A stretch of DNA of 64,000 nucleotides from Histomonas meleagridis 2922-C6/04-290x. Lineage: Eukaryota; Protista; Parabasalia. Under the pieces are notes generated by a model. That model saw only the letters and a program-made list of their open reading frames with translations, searched no databases and was not told where the DNA came from. The stretch is taken from positions 1-64,000 of the forward strand of contig JAANOX010000104.1 of NCBI GenBank assembly GCA_020184695.1, in the 5' to 3' direction. Positions 10,765 through 20,388 of the stretch are shown here, piece after piece (the stretch's first letter is position 1; each line of letters begins with the position of its first letter). Both the position numbers and the translations under genes were made by a program.

Positions 10765-12599
10765 TGTTTAAAAAATTTAAATAATTTCCAAATATTATTT
10801 TGAAATATTAAATTGTTAAAATTAAAATTAAATAAAACATATAAATACTATTTTTAGCATAATCAATTCCTTCTTGTTCAAGAAGTAATTTAATTATTTC
10901 TGTATAACCTTCATCAGAAGCAATGATAAGTGCTGTTTCAAATAATTTAAATAATTTCCAAATATTATGTTGGAATATTAAATTATGAAAATAAATTTCT
11001 AATAAAACAAATAAATATCTTTATCATTAATATCAATTCCTTCTTGTTCAAGAAGTAATTTAACTATTTCTGTATGACCATTTTCAGATGCCAAAATAAG
11101 AGCTGTTTTAAATAATTTAAATAATTTCCAAATATTATTTTGAAATAGAAAATTATTAAATTAAACATTAATCAAAGCAAATAAATATTTTTAGCATTAA
11201 TCTCAATTTCTTCTTGTTCAAGAAGTAATTTAACAATTTCTGTATAACCATATTCAGATGTATAGATAAGTGCTGTTTTATATAATTTAAATAATTTTCA
11301 AATATTATTTTGATATCCAAAATTATTAAAATACACATAAAATAAAACAAATAAATATTTTTAGCATTAATTCCTTCTTGTTTCAGAATATATTCAACAA
11401 GTTCAATATTTCTTGATAATGATGAAAAAACTAAAATATTTTTTGGAATTGAATTTTCTTTAAGAAAAAGTTTGGTAAGATATATATTACCAATTCTTGC
11501 TGCATCATTAATAATATTATCATTAATTTCCATTCCTTCCTTAATCAAAAATAATAAAATTTCATAATTATGATATGAGGCACATAAATTTCCTAATTTT
11601 ATTAAATCAATCTCAAACTTTTTATCACAAAGATATTTAAAGATATCATTTCGATGAAATTCAATTGCTGTTTCATATACACCTTCAAATGATGAATGAT
11701 TTTGTTCACACAAATGAATAATTTCTTCATTTCCACCTGCAACTGCATATTTTCCTGTGTTTTTTATATTTGCACCATTCATAAGTAAATATTTAAAACA
11801 TTTAATTGATCCAAAAAATGCTGCATAATCAATAAATGTAACATTTTTTTTATTAATAAATGAACACCTTTCATAAAGTGATGGTTCAATTGTTTGATTA
11901 AAATTAAAATTTGTTTGTGATGATATTTCTTGAAGTTTTTCTATTTCATCATTTCGAATTATTTTCGCAATTTCATTTGGATTATGTCCTTCTTCGATTA
12001 ATTTCTTGTGAAGCTCCCAGTTATTCTTTTTGAGAATTTTTTCATTGTTTGAAAAGAACTTGCAATATGGATTTTTTTCGATGCACTCTTTGAGAACATT
12101 GTCTGAAATGTAATGCGCAAAACATAAAGAAAGAGGATCTTTATAGTTGTTTTGATTTATAAGGTGTTTTTTTAATCAATTTGTCATGAACACTTGAATC
12201 AATTAAATTTCTTTTTTTTAATTTCTCAATTAGAAAAAAACATTCAGGCGCAGAAATTCTAGATATGGAATTTAAGAAAATTTGAATTATTTTGGGTGTA
12301 TTCTTGTTTATTTCTTCTTCTTTAATTTGAATTATTTCTAAATAATTTAAGTACATATCGATATTCTTTAAAGTCGTCGCATAATAAATCAACCTGCTTA
12401 TGATTAAATTATATGTATATGGATAATTTGAATCAAATAATTGTATTGTTTTTTCAACTGTAATATCAAGATTTTCTTCAGTTAAACCAAACACAAGATG
12501 TTCAAGTGGAATTAATAATTTGTTGTGTATATTTGTAATGTCATCATATGTTTTTTCTTTTGAAGTATTCAACATGAATAAGAAACTTTTTATATGCAC
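10765..12599 (-). CDS. Ankyrin-repeat protein (DUF3447-type), one frameshift plus 80-nt inserts
   Basis: ORF 12599-12141 continues after a 1-nt shift in an A7 run near 12170 (KKHLINQNNYKDPLSLCFAHY..NWELHKKLIEEGHNPNEIAKIIRND) into 11782-11168, then ankyrin units separated by inserts. The shift may be a homopolymer sequencing error. Confidence 0.75.
10937..11356 (-). other. Three 80-nt inserts between ankyrin units (11277-11356, 11107-11186, 10937-11016)
   Basis: Same position, length and consensus as the inserts at 8.2-8.5 kb; 170-bp period. A fourth, degenerate copy lies at about 10770-10848. Confidence 0.9.
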
Positions 12600-12825
12600 T
12601 TTTATATTTCAAAAGTGACAACTTAAATGCACAACAACAATTTCTCAGAAAGAATACAACATATTTTCTCAATAATCATTTAGAATTCGTGTAAACATTA
12701 TTAGTTGCACCGATGTACACAAATATCACCCACAAGTTACGCCCAAACAAATTATGCACTTCCTCAATATAACGCGTGCATTAACAATTATCTAATTCAA
12801 ACACGTTGTCATATAGAAATTTTAT

Positions 12826-14901
12826 TTACTTTATTCCGCTTCTCTCCAAAAGTGCATCAGGCGATGGATCTCTTCCCATGAAATCCCTAAACAATACATC
12901 CGCTGGTTCACTATTTCCCTTTGACAAAACCTTTCTTCTGAACTCATTACCCACTTCTCCATTTAGTATTCCTTCTTTTTTGAATTTTGTAAATATTTCT
13001 GCATCAAGTACTTCTGCCCATTTATATGAGTAATAACCAGCAGCATATTCAACAGGCTTTGCAAATAAATGGTGGAAGTTTCTTGTCATGCTTGGTTCTT
13101 TTTCATCATAATCAATGCGATAGTCACTCAGAAGCCTATCGTCCAAACCGTCAATTGTTTGGCCGCGGTTTTTATCGACGTTGATGTGAAGCTCGAGATC
13201 AATCTTCCCATAGCGTAATTGCCCCATAAATGCAGTCGCGCTACGGAAGTTACGAGCTCTTATTAACTTCTGAAGAAGTTCATCTGGTAATTTTTCTCCT
13301 GTTTGATAATGTACTGCAAATAAATCTAATGCTTCTTTTTCCCATGTCCAATTTTCCATAACTTGACTAGGCATCTCAACAAAATCAAAGACAGAATTGG
13401 TTCCACCAAGTTCTCGTATTGGTACTTCACTAAGTGTTTGATGAGTCATATGACCAAACTCATGGAAAACAGTTTCAACCTCATAATGACTTAATAACGC
13501 TGGCTTATCTCCGACAGGTGGACTGATGTTAGTGCATACAAACCCGAGGTGGGGTGCCCCAAGATGGGGGCACCCTATGACAAGGGGATCTTGCCAAGCG
13601 CCACTTTTTTTGGATGACCGAGGGAAGAAGTCGGCGTAAAGCGACGATAGCAATTGGCCAGTTTTATTGTCTCTGATCTCAAAGAATTTACAGTCAGGAT
13701 GCCATACTTCAATAGCATCTTCTACGATTGGCTCGTTTTCAGATTTCCGATAAAAGGTTTTCCTTTCAGTAATCGTTATGTCATAAAGTTTGTTCAATAT
13801 GGTAAAAAGACCTTTAAGGACATTGTCGAGTGAGAAATAAGGTTTGATTTCTTCTTCGTCAAAGTCATAAAGTTCCTTTCGAAGTAATTCTGAATAATAT
13901 GATACATTCCAAGGTTTCAGTTTTTGTACTTTTTGGCCTGTGACCTTTTCTTGGAACTTCTTAAGTTCTTCTGTCTCTCGTAAAAATTGTGGCTTGACTT
14001 TATCATGTAAATCTTCAACAAATTTTAATGCGTTATCTCCAGTCTTAACCATTCTCCTTGATGCAACCATATCAGCAAAGTTCTTGAAGCCAAGGATTTT
14101 AGCTTTTTCATGTCTTAATTCAAGAATTTTCATAATGTATGGTTCATTGTCATATGGTCCTTTAGCACCAATGTTAGCTGTAGCTTCAAAGACCTTCTTC
14201 CTAATTTCTTCGTTTTTAGCATAACGAAGAAGAGGGAAACGACTTGAGTAATGAAGTGTAAATAAATATTTGCCGGGGTGCCCCTTATCTGATGCTTTTT
14301 GTGCTGCTATTTCAAGTGCTGATTGAGGAAGGCCGTCAAGTTCCTTAACATCATCAATAAGAAGCTCCCATGCATTGAGAGAGTCAAGCGCATTTTGCGA
14401 ATACTTTGATGTGGCAGCAATTATTTCTGAATCAATTTGATTGATTCGTTCTTGTTTATCTTGTGGTAAATCAATACCATTCTCTTTGAAGTCTAGAACT
14501 ACTTCACTCACGTAACGTTTTTCAACAGGTGATAAATTTTCTGTTTTTTCAGATGCCGCTTTAATAACAGTCCATAACTTCTGATTATGATAAATAGATG
14601 ACCTAAATAAAGCAACATCACATTGAACTTCTTCAATAGCTTTTCTTTGTTCTGGATTATCACAAACGGTATCTAATTGCATAAGTCGATACCAAGCTGT
14701 ATCAAGAGGTAACTTACAGTCTGAAAGGGCTTTGAAGGTACTATTAAAGTTAATTTCATCTTCTTTAAGATTGCATATTTCCTCGATCTTTTTCTTTGCC
14801 AAGTCGATAGCATACGTGATATCAGGCTTCACTCGCTCTGGTGTTAATTTGCACCATTGTATATGATATGCCGGATCTATCCAAGGATGTTCACAAGACA
14901 T
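12826..14901 (-). CDS. M3A metallopeptidase (oligopeptidase A/PrlC-like)
   Basis: HEFGH zinc motif, DFVEMPSQVMENW, YAAGYYSYKWAEVLDA, FRDFMGRDPSPDALL. First ATG at 14901 (MSCEHPW). Confidence 0.95.
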   Translation of the reverse strand: MSCEHPWIDPAYHIQWCKLTPERVKPDITYAIDLAKKKIEEICNLKEDEINFNSTFKALSDCKLPLDTAWYRLMQLDTVCDNPEQRKAIEEVQCDVALFRSSIYHNQKLWTVIKAASEKTENLSPVEKRYVSEVVLDFKENGIDLPQDKQERINQIDSEIIAATSKYSQNALDSLNAWELLIDDVKELDGLPQSALEIAAQKASDKGHPGKYLFTLHYSSRFPLLRYAKNEEIRKKVFEATANIGAKGPYDNEPYIMKILELRHEKAKILGFKNFADMVASRRMVKTGDNALKFVEDLHDKVKPQFLRETEELKKFQEKVTGQKVQKLKPWNVSYYSELLRKELYDFDEEEIKPYFSLDNVLKGLFTILNKLYDITITERKTFYRKSENEPIVEDAIEVWHPDCKFFEIRDNKTGQLLSSLYADFFPRSSKKSGAWQDPLVIGCPHLGAPHLGFVCTNISPPVGDKPALLSHYEVETVFHEFGHMTHQTLSEVPIRELGGTNSVFDFVEMPSQVMENWTWEKEALDLFAVHYQTGEKLPDELLQKLIRARNFRSATAFMGQLRYGKIDLELHINVDKNRGQTIDGLDDRLLSDYRIDYDEKEPSMTRNFHHLFAKPVEYAAGYYSYKWAEVLDAEIFTKFKKEGILNGEVGNEFRRKVLSKGNSEPADVLFRDFMGRDPSPDALLERSGIK

Positions 14902-15028
14902 TTCAAAAATGTTCACTTGACATCTTTTGGGGCACCCGAATCGATTATTGAAAAAGTAGTGTAATGTTTTCAAATTCTTTTCACTTCACTTTTATTTTAT
15001 TGAGCATTTTATAATTTCACAAACGCAT

Positions 15029-16114
15029 TTACTTCCTAAAGAATCTCCTAAATATTGTGTATCCAGCAATTCCTGCAGCTATTGTAATTCCTCCTGCTAT
15101 AACCCAATCTAATATACTTGTTTCGCTTTTGTTTTCTTTTTGTTCATTTTGTACTTTTTTACTTTTTTCGATTTCTGCTTTCTCTTCCTTATTACTTGGG
15201 CTAAAATCTGCTGTTTTCAATATCTCTTGCGCTTTTTGGTTACCGTATCGATATGCTGACATTTGAAGTAAAAACTGAGCTTTTTCAATCATCGGTTGGA
15301 CCCCCTCGCAGCCGTTTAAATATAACCGCCCAAGTTCGTAATAAGCATCAGGGAAATGCTGAAGTGCAAGTCGACAAAGCATGAATTCTCCAATGGAACC
15401 ACTCTGATAGACACCCTTGCCTTCAATTAAGTTCTTGGCAAGGATAAAGCCGCAGATTTGATCTCCAAATTTTAATATACAACGTGCTGCAAAATGATTA
15501 CAAGCTTCATATTTCTCAGCATCATAAAGATAGGTAACATAGGAAAGAAGTGCAGAATGATTTCCAAGAACAGAGGCATGAGCAAGCCACATATCACAAA
15601 ATAATAATTCTTTGAGTTCAAGTGAAATATAAGCAAGATAATAACAGGAAACTGCATCTGGATCTCCGCCCTTGATAAGGCATGGCCAATTTTCTTCAGG
15701 ATCGGTTTCAAATGTGATTTGAACGACATCATCACAAATTTCGGTTACTTCGAGATTGCTAACTTTACCCCACCATTTGCCTTTAAGAACTGGTGATTCA
15801 ATTGATTCTTCGTTACACGTAATTTCGCTTTTTGAAGTTTGAAGAGTAATTACCATTACATTATTATCATGAATCCATGTAGTAGATTGCTTGCGATCAT
15901 CTTCTAGAAGGTCGTCACTTCCATAAACACCTTTAACTTCATTTTTACGGGATTCAATCATTGTCGACCATTCATTTTCATCAAGTTTTTCAATTTTAGC
16001 ATATGGATATGTGCTAGCAACAATTCTTTCGAGCTCTGCTGTAAGATTTTGGATCTTATTTTGAGGAGTTAGATCGGTTACATTGAGTTCATCCATCTGT
16101 TGCAATAGCCTCAT
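15029..16114 (-). CDS. Tail-anchored protein with CS/Hsp20-like domain and Sel1/TPR-like repeats; Tom36/Tom46-like hydrogenosomal receptor candidate
   Basis: TW..DNNVMVITL...LKGKWWGKV..ENWPCLIKGG domain, helical Sel1-like repeats (DAYYELGRLYLNG), C-terminal TM plus basic RRFFRK. Start may be ATG 16096. Confidence 0.7.
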   Translation of the reverse strand: MRLLQQMDELNVTDLTPQNKIQNLTAELERIVASTYPYAKIEKLDENEWSTMIESRKNEVKGVYGSDDLLEDDRKQSTTWIHDNNVMVITLQTSKSEITCNEESIESPVLKGKWWGKVSNLEVTEICDDVVQITFETDPEENWPCLIKGGDPDAVSCYYLAYISLELKELLFCDMWLAHASVLGNHSALLSYVTYLYDAEKYEACNHFAARCILKFGDQICGFILAKNLIEGKGVYQSGSIGEFMLCRLALQHFPDAYYELGRLYLNGCEGVQPMIEKAQFLLQMSAYRYGNQKAQEILKTADFSPSNKEEKAEIEKSKKVQNEQKENKSETSILDWVIAGGITIAAGIAGYTIFRRFFRK

Positions 16115-16117
16115 AAA

Positions 16118-16125
16118 AACCGTTT
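16118..16125. promoter_or_regulatory. M3-like (Myb-type RCSGTT) core promoter element in a bidirectional promoter
   Basis: AACCGTTT matches the motif on both strands and lies between head-to-head ATGs (16096/16114 and 16171). Confidence 0.55.
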
Positions 16126-16170
16126 TTGCTGTAGAGAATTTTTAACAGTGCAGTGAAAATATCTATTGAA

Positions 16171-16584
16171 ATGGAGAATAACCCTTTCCAAATGCAACCA
16201 GAAGAAAACATTGATCAAAGTATTGCGCAAGCACAATCACTTATAATGAACTACTTTACTAAAATAACACAAATGCCAGAAAGCACTTTATCTTTTTATT
16301 CAAGAGATGCAATTTTAACATGGAATTTAAAAGATTATCGAGGAATAGAAGAAATTAGATCTTTTTTAGAATCACTAAAATCACAGAATCTTGAATTTCA
16401 GATAAGTGGTTATGATTCGCAAAATTGTCCTGACCATTCAACAGATAACATCTCAATGATTATGATCATTGGTACATTTGTTTGTGATTCCACAGTTTCT
16501 GATTTTCATTCCACTTTTTTCTTGCGATATAATCATCAAGAACGCAAGGCTGTAATACAATACCAAACATTCCAAGCACTCTAA
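16171..16584 (+). CDS. NTF2-like domain protein (NXT1/p15-like)
   Basis: SFYSRDAILTWN...YRGIEEIRSFL..DSQ..MIMIIGTF pattern and size fit the NTF2 fold. First ATG at 16171. Confidence 0.8.
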   Translation: MENNPFQMQPEENIDQSIAQAQSLIMNYFTKITQMPESTLSFYSRDAILTWNLKDYRGIEEIRSFLESLKSQNLEFQISGYDSQNCPDHSTDNISMIMIIGTFVCDSTVSDFHSTFFLRYNHQERKAVIQYQTFQAL

Positions 16585-17340
16585 CTTATTCATAACGAAT
16601 AGATCTGTTTTTCACTATCAATAAATCACAATATATATTTCATTTTATAAATTCCTTGATTTTCTTAAAAAAATAAAAATATCTTTTTCGGATGACAAGT
16701 TTTTGATTCTTTAACCCATAAATATAGAGTTCTTATCATGGCTATTACATAAAAAAAATATTGATTCGATTAAATCAATATTGATTTCCATCAAAAAAAA
16801 ATACTTTTTCATGATACTTTTTGATCCATAACCCCATGAAGAAACACAAAACCTCTTATATAATTTCCACCAAATTTCAAAAATTATTTCCAATGATTCC
16901 ACTAAAATTTAAAGATAAAAATTGGATAGTGAGAAAACATTGGACATTAGTGTTTCTTTTTTACATAAATTATTACCTCATTTTAACATGAAAATTTACA
17001 ATTCTATTTCCGAAAGCATGAAAAAATCATATAAGCAAAATAATTATTAAAATGTAATTAATTTTTAGTAATACTACTGAAATTTATATAACTACTTTAT
17101 TCATTTTGATTATCACCGACAAACAAAAAGTGATGTATAAATCCGCGCACTACGCTTTCTTGATAACTTATGATTTTGATTTAATGTTTTATTATGTTTG
17201 CCCTTCTTTGAAGTTTGATAGGCTTCAAATAAATTTTATGTAAAATTTTAACATTTTATTGTTATTCAGTCTCCACAAATATTTTAAATTTGCATTGATA
17301 ATTGCAAAGTCGAAACGCGTTTACATTAAATCCGTTTTAT

Positions 17341-19150
17341 TCACACCGTCGATTCGTCTTTTGCATTTTTATTCCTCAACAAGAAGATGTATATCAACAC
17401 GCAAATCACCACAAATGCCACAATCACTGCCTTTTCCCACCCCTTTAGTCCGTCCTTATAATTTTCCTCTATCACTGCGTCCATTAGCTCCACATTGAAT
17501 CCATTTTCTGTTGTGTATTCCTTCTCACCGAAGTTTGCTGTCACTCTTACTCTGTTACTGAACACTGTCTGCTGCACCTTCATATCCTCCGTTAGGTACT
17601 TATGGTCGATCATTTGCGCATAACCAGTTAACATTGACACCGGCTGTGCCTTTTTGAACAACTTTCCAAACCTTTACTTATATTTATCCCAATGACTTTG
17701 GTACAACATAAAGAAAGGAGTAGTACCATAAAGGGATAAGTTTACTATTATGGTCGCCCCAATACCAATACGAGACAACGCAATCATGAAATGCGAGTTC
17801 GAATAATGGAACTCGAAGACTTTCATTTAACATCGAACGCGATTGTATCCATGGGATATCCTCGTGATAATAACTGAGCCCACTATACGTCATAAATGAG
17901 CCAGGGCTCATCATTCCTTCGAAATAATAGCAATAAGGTATCGAATAATCTTTGCCGTCTTCACTACCAGTGACGAGTAATCCATGTTCATTCTCATGGA
18001 AATATTTTAGAAGTTCAATACGCGATGTCATCGATTGAAGATGTGTAATTGGATGATAACATTCGAATAGAATTGATGCCATTGACCCATCTATGAAACG
18101 TCCTTCATGAGGGTTCGTCTTTCTTTGTAATTCTTCTTCGTATTCTTTCTTTGCAATTTCAACGTTTCGGATGTCACAAGTTGCCTATATTGGTATTTGT
18201 TGTGACGTATTTGATAAATTAGTTGTACTTCCAAATGTATGCATTTGTCCATTCTCATAAAGTACAATATCATTTAGATATACTTCTTCTGGCCAATTCC
18301 CATTCCATGTAATCCTTTATCACTATGTTCAGGATTACCAGTGGATTGATATTAGTCATAAATTGTAGTTAATACACTTAGAGTATCATTATTTGATGAT
18401 ATTGTATAGCCGATTAATGCCTAAGTCATAAAACTCGTAATAAATATCTTCTCGACTTCGATTCCATGTTCCAAGTATATATGTATTAGCTGAGCCAATG
18501 AGTTTATCAATGTTTGGATTATATTTAACTTTCTCTGTTAATGGGATAACATAACCTTTAGACTCAGCAATCTTTCGATAACGTTTGCATTTACACATTA
18601 TTACCTTTGAGGAATATAATTAGTAAATGACGAGCATATGAAAAACGATTCTTTTCAAGCGTGTGATATATTGTATATGTATACGTTCCTGTTGTTTCAC
18701 GATTAGAGGCAACAAGATTTGCATCAACAAATGTATCAACAACATACATTAATGACGTCTGTCCATTAGTAATGCCACACCATGGCATCGACAATAAGTA
18801 TGTAAGACTTGAATAATATTTGGAACATCCACTTGATGTACATTTTTCATCATCACTTTGGAAACTAATCCCTTCGCCAAGTGGAAGAATCATTCGATCT
18901 ACTTTGTTACTGATGAAACTGAGTGTAAATTGTGGTGGCACCACTGATGCATCAGGATTTGCATCACATAACATTAGGTTAATCGTAGGTTAAGTTCAAG
19001 TTTACTCGAAATTCAACGCTCTCTTTTAACATAGTAAGAAGAGGATTGAACATTGACATCATATATTTTTGAAGCTACCTTCTGCACTGGTCGCTGTTCC
19101 TTTAAGACGTAATGACATTCTGGTCCCTTTTGGTGGGATTATTAAAAATA
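17341..19150 (-). pseudogene. GH129-like glycosidase with C-terminal TM anchor, pseudogene copy B
   Basis: Collinear fragments MILPLGEGISF..LSMPWCGITNG, CKRYRK..NPNIDKLIG, ATCD..GRFIDGSMAS..ECYHP..GSEDG..YFEGMMS, VPLFELAFHDCVVSYWYWGDHNSK, TGYAQMIDHKYLT..QQTVFSN..VTANFG, then TM. Several frameshifts and nonsense codons (e.g. TAG 18185-18187). Confidence 0.8.
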
Positions 19151-19348
19151 TAAGTCATATTAACTTTTTCACATTTTTATTATTTTGTTATTATTAAAAA
19201 AAAAATATTTTTATAAATATTATTCTTTTACATATTTGTATTTTTCTTTATGATTTTACCTTTTAATTAATTGTTTTTGATTTTTGATGTGAAAATTGAA
19301 TTATTTAACGCCGCATCAAATGTTTGATGTATAAAAACATTTGTACAT

Positions 19349-20326
19349 ATGAAATGCGAATTTAATGAAATCCCAAAGATAAGATGTCTACAGAAGATGT
19401 TATTTTCTTTAGCTAAAATTGGAGAAGACATGATAATTGAATCGAGAAATGAATATCTTTCATTTCGTTCATTAAATGAATCAAGAAGTGCTTTACCAAT
19501 CGTACAAATTAAGGCATCTTTTTTTGATGATTATGAATATACACATAAAGAAAATCATATTGTTTTTGAGATTACATCTAAATGGCTTAAAACTGCATTA
19601 AAAACATCACCATATCCAACAAGTATTACTATGAAGTATGTTCCTGACACTTATTATTTCCAAATCGATATCATGGATATTTATGAAATCAAACATGAAT
19701 GGAAATTAGATATTCGAAAGTCAACTTTGTTAAATGCCGTTTTTGATTATTCCCTTACAAGTGTATCTGTTGTATGTCGTTATGATATTTTCCAAGGAAT
19801 CACAAAAGCCTTTTCGAGATGTCATAACATTTTAATGGAAGTTAACCGTACCGATAGAAAGAGAACGTTAGTTATCACTTCACCTGAAACAAAAGAAGAA
19901 ATTATTTCAAGTACACTTTCAATACAAAAAACAGAAAGATGTGATACACAATTTTCAAGTGATTCATCTAAGGTTCAAATTTCTTTTTCTTCAAAAGATT
20001 TTATCGAAAGTATTAAATTATGTTCATTTATATCTCAAAAAATGACATTATATTTAATATCACCAGGTTATCCCTTAATGATAAAAGCATCAATGCCTAA
20101 ATGTATTTCTTTTGAAATGGCATTAGCTACATCACTTGATGAAGATACTCCTCAAAATACATCTGATAATACACCAATTATTTCAGTACCTGATTTTTCG
20201 CCATCTATATCAGAGAATGGAAGAAAGTCATTAAGTCGTCCATCAAATCGAACAATATCAATGCCATCTGAAATTACTAAGTCAGCAATATATGACGATC
20301 GTGTAAAGAATTCAATTGACTTTTGA
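19349..20326 (+). CDS. RAD9: Rad9 checkpoint clamp (9-1-1) subunit
   Basis: LAKIGEDMIIE..LSFRSLNESRSA..ASFFDDY N-terminus, FSSKDF..F..PGYPL C-domain and S/P-rich tail. Confidence 0.85.
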   Translation: MKCEFNEIPKIRCLQKMLFSLAKIGEDMIIESRNEYLSFRSLNESRSALPIVQIKASFFDDYEYTHKENHIVFEITSKWLKTALKTSPYPTSITMKYVPDTYYFQIDIMDIYEIKHEWKLDIRKSTLLNAVFDYSLTSVSVVCRYDIFQGITKAFSRCHNILMEVNRTDRKRTLVITSPETKEEIISSTLSIQKTERCDTQFSSDSSKVQISFSSKDFIESIKLCSFISQKMTLYLISPGYPLMIKASMPKCISFEMALATSLDEDTPQNTSDNTPIISVPDFSPSISENGRKSLSRPSNRTISMPSEITKSAIYDDRVKNSIDF

Positions 20327-20388
20327 ATAGCGATGATCATTTTCATATTCAAAAAGTCGTTAACTCAAAAGTGGATAAATTTATATAA

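Noticed and set aside
8132-11356. 170-bp periodic repeats resembling a CRISPR array or satellite
   Set aside because: The units encode ankyrin repeats and the 'spacers' are homologous to each other. Eukaryotic context, no cas genes.
12160-12180. Programmed frameshift in the second ankyrin gene
   Set aside because: A single extra A in an A7 run is more simply a sequencing error or recent mutation.
10603-18187. Stop-codon reassignment (in-frame TAG at 10603 and 18185)
   Set aside because: Both lie in fragments with other lesions, intact genes use TAA/TGA normally, and the paralogue has TAT at the 18185 site.
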